A DNA stretch of 64,000 bases from assembly GCA_951406725.2 (NCBI GenBank), contig OX597817.1, forward strand, positions 121,954,001 through 122,018,000, in the 5' to 3' direction. Made by a program: the position numbers and the translations under genes. Positions 52,032 to 64,000 of this stretch are shown one piece after another (position 1 is the first letter of the stretch; each line of letters begins with the position of its first letter). Source of the DNA: Octopus vulgaris. Lineage: Eukaryota. The notes under the pieces are model-generated. The model was not told the DNA's origin. It did not search any database and worked only from the letters and a program-made list of their open reading frames with translations.

Positions 52032-52984
52032 GGTACGTATGTGTACATGCATGTATACTTATATAGATACATACACACACAAACACACGTACAGACATAC
52101 GCGCACATATTTTTGTACTGCTTGTACCCAAATTATTATAAGATTAATATTTATATGCAAACTGCATTACTGTCAATCCATAAGTATGCGTATTGGTCGT
52201 CCAAGAAGTATCCTGTAATACCAGAATTTGTCACTTTCCACTGTTAAATAACATTTAATGTAGTCTCTACAATTTCTGATAATGCTGCAAAACATTCAAT
52301 CCGGCTGATCTTTTGCTGCATATAGTTACAGGTCAATCACTGAAAGGGAAGATGCATTAACCCACAATCATTGTATGGAGAAACGTAATTGTATTTGTCA
52401 AGAAAACTGTCTCAAAAGAACAGCTTTCTTCAAATTAAGTCTAGTATCATGTTATTTTAATGATTCATATTATATAGACTTCGAGTTTCTAAGAACTGTC
52501 TAACAGTTTTAGAAATTAACGACCATATTATATTAATATACTTTTCTCATATGGTGATTCATTTTAAATTTCAATTAATATTTTATAAAATTTCATTCCA
52601 ATCATATGACAGCTTCGGAAGTTTACATTATCTCGTACCGGCTATTTGATAACCATTTGGTGCGATGGTGACGACAACTAGTTCTTGTTTGATTATGTGA
52701 TTTTTAGATATATACAAGCGTAGTTCATAAATTCTATATAAATATTGGTAGACTGCTTATTAAATGAGTCAGCTGCAAATCTATTGACGGGTGTCATCAT
52801 TTTAGTTCTTTCTGCAGTCAAGAACATCTTTAAACCATCTGTTACGTGATGGTATATCGACCATTTTTGACATTCTTAATTCCAAAGTTCCTCGTTTGTT
52901 AGAGTTACTCATAAAGCGTTCTTTCACTTTTATTATTTTTTTTATAGTACTAATGCAAGTGAAAGTATTACAATGGTAATACAT

Positions 52985-53157
52985 ACAACGGAGAGCTTGC
53001 TAGGGGCACTAGGTCTGTGGGAAGGCAGTTCTTACGATACAAGGATGTTTGCAAAAGAGACATGAAGGCCTGCGGCATCAATATTAGTAATTGGGAAGCA
53101 GTTTCCAGCGACCATGGAGATTGGCGACGTACCGTAAAAGAGGGAACACAAATGAGT

Positions 53158-53194
<37 letters not shown>

Positions 53195-53424
53195 GAGAAA
53201 TGGAAAGAAAAGAAAAGACGTCAACAAGAAACTATGACATTACAACCAGCCAGGCAAAGTCTTCGCTACATTTGCGGTACCTGCCAGAGGGAGTGTTTGT
53301 CCAGGATAAGACTACACAGCCACAGCAGGAGATGTATTAGGGCATGAAATGTAAAAGCCGGACTAGATTATTTTATGCGCAACTCCATTGTCTCCCGAGA
53401 CAAAAAGGATGCCAACAACAACAA
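52985..53424 (+). mobile_element. RTE-clade LINE 3' end
   Basis: GELARGTRSVGRQFLRYKDVCKRDMKACGI...WE.....DWRRTVKEG; C-terminal C2H2-like YICGTCQRECLSRIRLHSHSRRC; short UTR and (CAA)n tail. Confidence 0.88.
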
Positions 53425-54353
53425 TTACAATAATTCTTATGTTTCAAAATATTTCGTGATTGTCCATTCTGTTATCGTAATAATTTTGGACGTTTTATAC
53501 GCTTATACATACTTGTCAGTATTTTACTGAGCAGCATATTTTCTGTCATTTACCTCCTCTATGGTATTTGTGTTTGTATTCTTTCCGGATGAAAATTTAG
53601 TTTGTGCCTTTGTATACTTACGTTGCTGTGTAAATGTGTTTATTCTATAGTAGAGCTAAAATCCGAAAACTGAAGACAGGTTAGATGCACAGTAGTTAGT
53701 AGAATTCGATTTAGCCGTCCAAATCAGTGTTGCATATATTCCATATTAGAATTACTTTCTATTTACTGATATAAATTGCTTTAAAACACATTTACACTTA
53801 TTAGTGATAAGGAATTGTTATGCTATATATGATATTCATGGCATACCTTAACTTTTGTTCATCTTTGAATTCAGTAGTTATAAACCTCTGTTTCTATAGA
53901 GAAGGTTTATCCTTTTCTCTTACTCCAGTAAAACCCATTCTTAGTTGTCTTCAGGGAAAGAACTTGTTTTTGTTGCTTTCGTTTAGCCCTATTAGCTCTG
54001 ATCGAAAAAATCTTTCATTAAGACAGTTTAGACTAACTGGGCTTTCTCTAGGTATCTAGGACTACTGTATTTGTCTATACATATTTAAGACGGTAAGGTG
54101 TAATTTGAAGGTGATATGAATACAGTATTTAACAAATCAACTGACCACATCGGAGTTTCAGTGTTGGCATTTTTGATGATATATTGGTCACTTGTAACGC
54201 CATTTGGAGACGTATTTACGACTTTAGAAAAAAAAAGTATTCTCAGGGTAACGAAGAAAAGGGTTTATGTGCTTACTCAGTGTGAGTATACAAACCAGAA
54301 AACATGAGAGAAAAAGCAGAGTGTTAGTTGTTGAATATATTATGGAATGCTAA

Positions 54354-54480
54354 GGCGGCGAGCTGGCAGAGTCGTTAGCACGCCGGCAAATAGTTAGCGG
54401 CATTATGTCTGTCTTAGTATTGAGTTCAAATTCTGTGGAGGTCGACTTTGCCAAATTTCAAACCTTGTACCGATAGTAGA
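54354..54480 (+). mobile_element. SINE family A with internal deletion
   Basis: ggcggcgagctggcagagtcgttagc head. Confidence 0.8.
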
Positions 54481-55131
54481 AATACATATTATTGGATGCT
54501 ATCGAGTGGAAATAAAGAGTGTAAGAGAGTGTATAAAAGATAAATTGAGAAAGAGGAGGGGACTCTTAGGAAAGGGGAAGGAAGTATCGAAAATTGCTGA
54601 CTTTCAGGTAGGGAGTATCTTTATTACTCATTGGCAAAGCAGTAACCACAACAAGGTCTCTGTCGATGGTATTATTCACATGCATGCCTCCATATATATC
54701 AACAGGCAGTTGGCTTCATGTTCACAGATAGACATGCATATTCACATAAACATATTCATAAACTCACATGCACACATTAAGTGAATTCACACGTAAACCC
54801 AAACTGTTTCAGATGTGCTACCAACTTACATGTTGTCTCATGCATGCACACACACTCACACGCACACGCACTAAACAACGTATATACACGAGTTTTGCAT
54901 GCATTTAGTGTGGCCCCCGCGCACACACAATCATACGTATAGAAAAAAATAGTGAAAGAATTGACATAAAATTAAAATTTAAAATAAGATTATGCATAAG
55001 GGTTAAAATCATTCTTACAGAAATATTCTGCATACTGGACAACAGACGGGTGGGAATATTAGAAATACGAAAATGAGAGAAGTTCATACAGATCTAAAGG
55101 GGAAGATGCAATTGATTTATATATATATATA

Positions 55132-55554
55132 GGCGCAGGAGTGGCTGTGTGGTAAGTAGCTTGCTGACCAACCACATGGTTCCGGGTTTTAGTCCCACTG
55201 CGTGGCATCTTGGGCAAGTGTCTTCTGCTATAGACCCGGGCCGACCAAAGCCTTGTGAGTGGATTTGGTAGACGGAAACTGAAAGAAGCCTGTCGTATAT
55301 GTGTATATATGTATATGTGTATATATGTATGTATGTGTGTATTTGTGTGTCTGTGTTTGTCCCCCTAGCATTGCTTGACAACAGATGCTGGTGTGTTTAC
55401 GTCCCCGTCACCTAGCGGTTCGGGAAAAAGAGACCGATAGAATAAGTATTGGGCTTACAAAGAATAAGTCCCGGGGTCGATTTGCTCGACTAAAGGCGGT
55501 GCTCCACTATGGCCGCAGTCAAATGACTGAAACAAGTAAAAGAGTAAAAGAGTA
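55132..55554 (+). mobile_element. SINE family B, full length
   Basis: Head to (AAAAGAGT)n tail; flanked by (TA)n. Confidence 0.92.
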
Positions 55555-55841
55555 TATATATAAGTTTCCTTGTGTGTATTTTTTTTTCGAGCATTATGAT
55601 TCATGGCAGATGGAAGTCCTGTACACCGAAGAGAGTTAATTAAGCAGCAAGACATGTTGAAAGAGAATTCCACCACTTGACTTGTACTGCATTGTAGAAT
55701 ACTGCAGAAGCACCCATACAAATCTTTACATAGGCAAGAGACAGTTTTCCAAGCATATATTTGCCTGTAGGATGTGGATTTAATATAGAAAATGAGCATA
55801 GCAGAGGATCGTATGGTAATATGCATTAATGTATGTATACA

Positions 55842-55881
<40 letters not shown>

Positions 55882-55953
55882 AATATACGTATATATATAT
55901 TTATATCTGTTTATATATTCAAATATATATATATATACATATATATATATAAA

Positions 55954-56160
55954 GTTAATCCAAACATGAAAGCACAAAGAAACACAACAACGTGAGGACG
56001 TGGAACAAATATAGTATTATTGGACGCTCAGGAAAGAAGGAAAGAAGAAGGGTTTAACGTTTTGAGCGGAGCTCCTCGTCGGAAACATAGGAGAAGGAAA
56101 GATCCAGAGAAGGGAAGACAGAGGGAGAAAAATCGCCAACGGTACACACGCGGTCACATT
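55954..56160 (-). mobile_element. ~210-bp hammerhead-like element, copy 2
   Basis: Colinear with 30840-31050; core CCGACGAGGAGCTCCGCTCAAAACGTTAAAC. Confidence 0.85.
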
Positions 56161-57151
56161 TGTATATATATTATAGTATAGAAATGAGCAAAAGCAATTT
56201 AAAGAAAATCACAGATACACAAACACTTATGTATATTCATATAAATTTGCATAACCTATGTCGGTGAGTCTTGTAGTGTGAGGGATGTATTCAATACAAC
56301 GAACAAACCCTTAACCCCTGAATATACCTCAATTTTTACTTGTGCAGTAAAAATGAACACTATTAATTCCAGTTTTGAGTTCTGTTGTACCCGTTTTTTC
56401 CTTCATACCTTAATGCAGTAACTGATACATACATACATATATACATACATACACACACGCAATACATACATGCATACATACATTTATACATATATCCATA
56501 GTATGAGGGTAAGAACAAAATACATTTCATCACAACCATGCTATTAAGTAGGTGAAGGTAAAAATTCCCTCTAAAATTAAAGAGAAAGAGAACATATATA
56601 CATGCAAACATGATACCTACATACATACAAACATATGTGTGTGCGCGTGTATGTATATATATGCACGTGTTTATATGACTGTATGGACGAATGTGTATAA
56701 GCAAAATACCACTTCTTAGACCTTAAGTAAGAAGCTAGCCAAGTAATACACAACGAAAAAGAAAATAGAATGGCATATATCCACGAATTGCATTCTATTA
56801 TGAAAATTCGCTCTGACCTCGGAGAGAATATTGGTCGCAATTAACTTCCCACGACACTCTGATAAGCCCTATTTACTAGATTTCTTGAACTCACGAAATG
56901 CAGTTAGTGAATTAGTCCATTGTTATTGACAATGCCATCCAGGCAATTTATGTATCGACATTGATATAAAATGTGTATCCACTTTATCCCTTGGTGGCGT
57001 TGAGGAAGAATATCTATTATCCTTTTCACTTTCTCCCTGAAAATTATATTCAAGTTTAAACGTATATGATCATATGATAATATCCTGAGACATAACTCAA
57101 TTCTCATTCAAGATATTAGCAAATCATATATATATATATATGCACACATAC

Positions 57152-57234
<83 letters not shown>

Positions 57235-57649
57235 TGTTTGCGCGTGTGAAATTGCACAAATGGAAAAAAGGGGAATAAAAACGGACAGACGAGTAATGTG
57301 ACAGGTAATACGACAGGTAGACAAACATTTGAAGGCGGTGAGTATTATGTAAGCGGTATCTGTAAGCAAACGCACACACAAAATATAGCAATAAAAGTTG
57401 TGCATAAGTGAATAGTAAGGAGAAGAAAGGATAAAGAAAGCAAGACTGTTGCTTCGGGTGACCTTTTATCGAAAGAGAGATATGACATTATATAAATCGG
57501 TGACAGCGCTTAAGAGCAACGACAGGCTCACGGTAATTGCTAAAAGAGAGATGGATTATGTTTGTGAAATCCTTAACAATAATCCATTTTTAAAGTCATC
57601 ATCGGTGACGCTCTTTATTCTATCACTATAAATGTTACAAGAAATGTCA

Positions 57650-58420
57650 CCTATTTTGATCACTGAAATAGCGAATGCTTTGAAGCTGATGAATATAGTA
57701 AAGCCTCAGGAAATTATGATGTAGCAATAGAAATATTTATGAGCAGATGAAAGCAGCAGTGAACCACCCTCTGTCTACAATACATTCCTTACTTGAAAGA
57801 AGAAAGATACCCAATGATGTGGAAGGAGTAAAGTGAAGGGGTGAAATCTGTGAAGCTATTGCCCCCAATGTATCTTATATTGAGTCACAAGGCCATCATT
57901 TATTCAATCAAACACTTGTTCTAGAATAAGCGAAAGGATATAAACTGTCTCTTTGAGTCACCTTCGTTGATTTGATGGTGTATCGGAGAATGCAATGCTG
58001 AAGCGCCTGGAGATGCAAAGATCTGAGGAGCAAAACATCAAACTTCTCAAGGACGAACCTCAGGCTTGACCACTGATATATTTTTACTATCGTTCCTCAC
58101 AAGAATTCCAGTTTGGAAGGCCCTTAGACAAGCATAGCCCATCTTCTCAAAACTCTTCATTACACGTCTCGAAATAGTGTTTGAGACAGGAAATGTAGCA
58201 TGAACAGCAAGGTCAAGCAACTAACACACAATGTGAGACGACGCTGTGCTCATTGCAAAAGAAAGTCTCATCAGCTGCAGAAACCATACCGACAGTGCTG
58301 GACACCCACAGTTCTGCCGTAAGCCTCATAATAGCCCCGATTAATATAAAACACATGTGTTCAGGAAACATCGAAAAATGGAGTGAAAATTATGTTTATA
58401 AGTGTTTCATTCTGTTGGTG
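57650..58420 (+). mobile_element. Highly decayed LINE reverse-transcriptase remnant (RTE-like)
   Basis: Ordered motifs KASGNYDV, FVDL, KALRQA*PIFSKLF and DDAVLIA across broken frames. Confidence 0.6.
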
Positions 58421-59569
58421 GTATTGAGTCTCATCACCAGGAAGTGTTTAGTGCTTATTTTTAAAATCATTTAAAAATTATATAGCCTTAAAGATTGATA
58501 TGTGTATGTGTGTGTGTGTGTGAAAGTGTATGCCTGTGTACAATAAAACTCAAAAGTTGCTTCAATGTAGCTAAAAATTCTCATTTCTTGCATATCACTG
58601 CCGCCCTAAATTCAGCATGTCTTTAAAATATTCTAATTTGAATTGCAACAGTCATAAACATGTGTTTTTTACAAATGAAAAACTATTTTCGTTTTTGATA
58701 TATTTGTTATGAAAATAACTTGAAAATAATCTTTAAAATATTTAAATGAAGAAATCCTTATTTCTATTTAAAGAAACCACATGCTGTTTTTATCGTTACT
58801 TTTAGTTTTCTTTCTGTGTACTGGCAAAATTATATGAGAAACTGTTTATCCCAGCTGCTTTACAATCTCAGTTCAAATCCCGTCAATAACAACTTTCATC
58901 CTACTGCGGTCAATAACTTGAACGACCAATACGCTATGGTTGTGCAATCACCCGTACATGTACCAATGTTATATTTCAATGTGAAATATCCTTAAATGAA
59001 GTTGTTACATGAAAGGAAAAAAAAAATGTTTGATGTATCTTAATATTGTTATATATAACGTCATATTTAAAATAGACATAATTCTAATGAGATGTATCAT
59101 TTTTTTGTTTATAGTATAAAACCTTAATACATTATATATAAAATATTATCACGTATATCAAGATAGAACAAGAATGATCAGTCGATCATGTGATTCATTC
59201 TACATTAATAGTATTAATTTCATTGTCTCCAAAGCAAACGATATTCAGATGTTGTCGTAAGAAGTGATATTTCATTTTTAAAAGTCTTAGAAGTTTAGTG
59301 TTGTTGCGACTACATTACATATATAGTTAGCGATGTTATAGAGCCGGAAAATTTTATTATGATCTATTATTTAAAATGAAAGACTTCAAATGAAGCGAAA
59401 GTGAAAGAACAAAGATATCCCCGGGATATTATGAGATTGGCATTCTTTCACATTTCGTTGCACACTACACAGTGCTAGTGGTAATTATATTCCACGAGGT
59501 CAGAATTTCTTATTCTAAAATTATTTTTGATAACCGCAGCATGGTTTATGGACCAACACTCTTATAATG

Positions 59570-59643
<74 letters not shown>
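59570..59643. repeat. (AAT)n microsatellite
   Basis: Read directly from the sequence. Confidence 0.95.
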
Positions 59644-60419
59644 GACGGCGACGACGATGAAATGAATAACAATAATATCAATAATGTTAACACTGATTTC
59701 AAACGCCTTAATATTATATAAGATATATACTCAGTGTAATCGTATATTTCATTGTAAATATATGTATAAATACGAGCCCCATAGATAGTTACATAAGTAG
59801 TATTAATCATGTATATGTGTGTGAATATATCGACGATATTTCCTTCAGAAATATAAGACGTACAATACATGCCTAAGGTATATAAGTAAACTCAAATAAA
59901 ATACAGATTTTCACATAGTCTATAACTTTTATGATCGAATAATCGGAAGAAACTCTGCGTATATTGTATTACCATACATAGCTTTGATTTTTAAGATTCG
60001 ACAGCATTTCGGAGTTCATAATCTATGTTGATTAGTTCCTCAGTTTTAAGGGTTTTTTACCCAATGTAATCCATTAGGAATTGAATCATTAGACGTAAAT
60101 TCATTCAAAAATATACTCTCGATTTCTCAAAGTATATATCATATAATATAACTTACCGACGGTTAAAACAATTCCATGCATCGGAAAATCTAGATGTGAA
60201 TAGAATAGCACTATTTGTTGTTAACATTTCTGAATTCGAATTGTCCCTGCCCCGAAATTACTGGCCTAGTGCCAAACTTTAAACCAATATTTCTTATTTC
60301 TAGGTAGCAGGTTAACATAATCTTTAACACTCTGGAGAAGATTTTTGGTGGCATTTTGTCAGTCTTTACGGACGAAATGCGCGAAGCCCTTTCTTCGGCA
60401 TGCTAACGAGTGTTTCGAT

Positions 60420-60550
60420 TATTAATATTATTTTTATTTATGCATTTATTATTATTGTTGTTGTTGCTGCTGATACTGCTGCTGTTGTTGTTTTTGTTGT
60501 TTATCATTATTCATTATTATTATTATCATTATTTATTTTTATTATTATCA

Positions 60551-60615
<65 letters not shown>

Positions 60616-60617
60616 CA

Positions 60618-60658
<41 letters not shown>

Positions 60659-60660
60659 CA

Positions 60661-60698
<38 letters not shown>

Positions 60699-60733
60699 CA
60701 TATCATTATTTATTATTATTATTATTATTATTT
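60420..60733. repeat. Compound (ATT)n/(GTT)n tract
   Basis: Read directly; abuts the 3' end of the minus-strand LINE. Confidence 0.95.
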
Positions 60734-60734
60734 A

Positions 60735-61230
60735 AGACGTCCACAGTATCCAGTATCGTAATGCGAATTGAAGATATTGTGTTTACGGAGGGTTTATACT
60801 GTCTGTCAAGTCACAACAAGGATCTCAGACAGACAATACTTTATGCAACACGCGTGTAGTTTCAAGTAATGCCCATTTTTGCAATACACCTAGATCGTAG
60901 AGTATTTCTAATACTTCCATATGTTTCTTCAGTTTGGATGGTATTGAACTCAATACTCCGATGACAACAGGGACAACCCTTATGTTTGACTCTCGTAGCT
61001 ATCATATATTGGTGATCTCTGTTCTCATGTTTCCATATTTATCAATCTTTTCACTTTGTTTCATGTTAATCTCCTGGAACTGCCACATCAATTATTAGGC
61101 ACTCTTATTCGTCCCTTATAAAGGTTACTGTATCCGGCCTTCGGTGCTCTAACACCTTGTCTGTCTGGAATTTAAAGTCCAAGACGATTTTTCTAATCCA
61201 TTTGTGTCCATTACCTTTTCCGGTGTATCA
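60735..61230 (-). mobile_element. R4/Dong-clade LINE 3' fragment
   Basis: Reverse complement of 42265-42760 (DFKFQTDKVLEHRRPD; shared 3' UTR gacttgacagacagta); ends in (TAA)n. Confidence 0.9.
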
Positions 61231-61744
61231 TTATTTTTAGAAATTTTGTAAATAGTGGTAAGAGTAGCTGTAGTAATAGAACTTTAACCCTAAATAACAT
61301 TATTTTTACTCACTTTTCTCTTGACTTAGCTAGTATTTTCCTGCTATCGTCATCAGGATAACCTTTCGTATTGTTGTTAGTGGTAGTCGTTATAGCAATA
61401 GAAATAGTACCTCTAAGAATTATTATTATTGTTTATTTAGCTTGGATTGGAATTTATTAATAACTTCTTTTCTCTGATTTTTCTCTCGATTTCACTTGGA
61501 TTGTGTAGTTTGTAGAATGGAAATATTATAAATATTCTATGACCACCTGTTGGCACATGCTAACTCAAAGCTATCTGAAGGACATCTGGGTCTCTAATTT
61601 GCTGTTGGTGCACAGGTGGACGCTCTGATAGTGCATTACCAGTCTGACCTACATACAGTGCTTCACAATTCGGGCATTTGATGCAGTAAATTAAATTTCT
61701 GCTTTTTCACTTCATACATGCATGCATACATACATACATATATG

Positions 61745-61799
<55 letters not shown>

Positions 61800-61800
61800 A

Positions 61801-61849
<49 letters not shown>

Positions 61850-61877
61850 TACACATACATACATATATATATACTCA

Positions 61878-62500
61878 AGGCCTGTAATTTGTCGCTTCTG
61901 GCGAAAAAACAGGTTTTTCTATATCTATTTCATAATGTTAAACCGTTAATCCCCACATTTTTCACTCCCCGTTTTGTCTCGCTCCCTCTACGTTTTTTCC
62001 GCTCATCCCTTTCTGTCAAAGACCATGGGCTCCAATGTCAAAAACTTTCATTCTTCCTGAGCGTCAAACTAATACACCTGCTTGTTGTTCCCTTACCTGT
62101 CTTTGTCATTTATTATCTGTACATTTGAATGATAAATGCATATATGTATGTATGTGTGTATGTATGTATGGGCACAGGATATCACCAACAATAGTGCAAG
62201 TAACATGAAATACGTAAAAAAAGAGAAAAAATGGTAAACAGGACAAGTAAATACAGAGAAAGGACCCTTCACCTGTCCAGTTGTCGGCTGTCTATCTACT
62301 CCTAGTTTCGAGCATTCATCAATATTATGAGTGTTCAAAGACTGTTGCACCTATAAATTCTAAAATAAAATTTAGGATTGGCGAAGGCTTAAAGTTGGAG
62401 ACACAAATATTATAATGGAGACATACAAGGAAACCGAACGAAAAGAAACATGAAGGATCGCTAGACTAGAACGAGAGGAACATTTCTAAGTCCTGGAAGT
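61878..62500. mobile_element. Decayed relatives of the hammerhead-like family in opposed orientation
   Basis: ttcctgagcgtcaaactaatac (62055) matches the family motif TTCCTGAGCGTCCAATAATAC; minus-strand GCTCGAAAC at ~62310. Confidence 0.45.
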
Positions 62501-64000
62501 GTAGAAATATGGGGTGTGTATGTATATATATATGTGTGTGTGCGTGTGTGCATGTGTGTGTTTGTGTAAGCATGTGTGTATGTGCATATGCAGGTATTGT
62601 CATTTCACGTGTCCTCTTCAACCATTATTTGGAACCTTTCAATCGAACTTTCTAAATTTATGAAAATAGTGAGATTCAAAAGTATCACTAATCCCCGAAA
62701 ACATTTTCAGCATTCAACAAATCATTTTCGTGTAATACGACAAAATCGACAATTTGTCCGACTTCCATAATGATTCTGTGACAAAGTATAATTGACATCT
62801 TGAAACGACTACATAAATTACTGACAGATTTTAATTTCTTATCAATTTGTCTTCGAAGATTAAATTTTCAGTTTCACGTGCACCATGTCTTCGGTAATAT
62901 CGTTTCTAAACTCTTTCGTCCAAAGTTAATCTAATCTTTCGAATTAACTATATGGATAATATAAATAGGTAACCATATTAGTCTTAAATTATCATGGCTT
63001 CCTTTGATTGAAAATATTCGCACTGTAACATTAACAAGAAATTATTTTCAAAAAGAATTGGATTGTTAATGCAGAAGCGTATTGTAGAACTACTTTTGTA
63101 CCCACGTCACGGGAATGAGACTGCATGTCTTCCAGCGTGTTTCAGAATAATGGATAATAATACCAGGCATTAAAAGGCAAGAGCAATTAACTATTTCTAA
63201 GGTTGTAAATGTCTCATCGCTGTTTGACATTCAGAATACAGGCTGAAAGTTTAAAATAGCATAGTAAAAACTCTTATATAATATATGGAAAAACAAATAA
63301 AGATTTTTTTCCAACGATTTCCAAAAATGACTATTTAATGTGTATAAAATCACATACGTTTTATATTCCTATAAACGCCATATATAATTCGGTCTCAGTA
63401 GGCTGCAGGTAGTAATGCGAATATATTTCTGTTTCTGGTTGTGAATGATTACTATGGAATGTGTACTTGTATAAGCTACAACCAGGATAATGTTTTTGAA
63501 ATTTTGATTTTTAGAGTTACACTATAACTTTACATATAGCCCATCAAATATATGTTTAATGCTATCGTGAACGAAATCCAGCTACTCATAATAATTTCCT
63601 CTTCTTAGACATAAAAAAAATTGAAGGATACGTATAAACGTATATATATTTTTTCTCACATAAATACATGTGTGTGTATGTGTGTATGTGTGTGTGTCTG
63701 GGGTTTATGTTTCTGGTGTCTGTGTGGGTGGTGTTTGTGTGTGTGTTTGGATTAAATCTTGCAATATATAAAATGATATATCTCCTTGAAGACATAACAG
63801 CTGATGTGGATATTTTTTTATATCTTTACAGTTTACTACTCTGGCTTCGATTAGATTTAAATGTTTCACCTTATATAAATACATACATTTATCTTCCTAT
63901 AAATAAAAGTAAACTCATACACCCCTATTCGACAACTATATTTATTGTTTCTATAATTTTCTCAAAATACACAACAAATCAGATTGACAAAATTAATCTG

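Noticed and set aside
56895-57036. Minus-strand exon-like block with ttttcag and gtgagt boundaries
   Set aside because: The two long frames both reach stop codons before the donor, and the third stops early.

Overview
AT-rich, microsatellite-laden eukaryotic DNA with no long intact ORF. The repeat families resemble those of Octopus (coleoid cephalopod) genomes; this is recognition of the repeats, not a database result. The window looks intronic or intergenic. It contains three tRNA-like-headed SINE families (about 20 copies), a cluster of decayed R4/Dong-clade LINEs tied to (TAA)n repeats (37.9-45.4 kb, 60.7-61.2 kb), two RTE-clade LINE remnants, Tc1/mariner remnants and MITEs with TA target duplications, and several small elements embedded in (TA)n. 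Some of these small elements are foldbacks and some carry minimal hammerhead-ribozyme-like cores, suggesting a Penelope-like origin. The most notable signal is a ~210-bp non-coding family whose copies share a variant (U4C) minimal hammerhead core. A few short minus-strand segments have good splice sites and open frames and may be exons of a long-intron gene, including two alternative hydrophobic terminal exons near the left edge; these calls are low confidence. Most ORFs in the supplied track are microsatellite or SINE artefacts. Coordinates were counted by hand and ends of degenerate elements are approximate.
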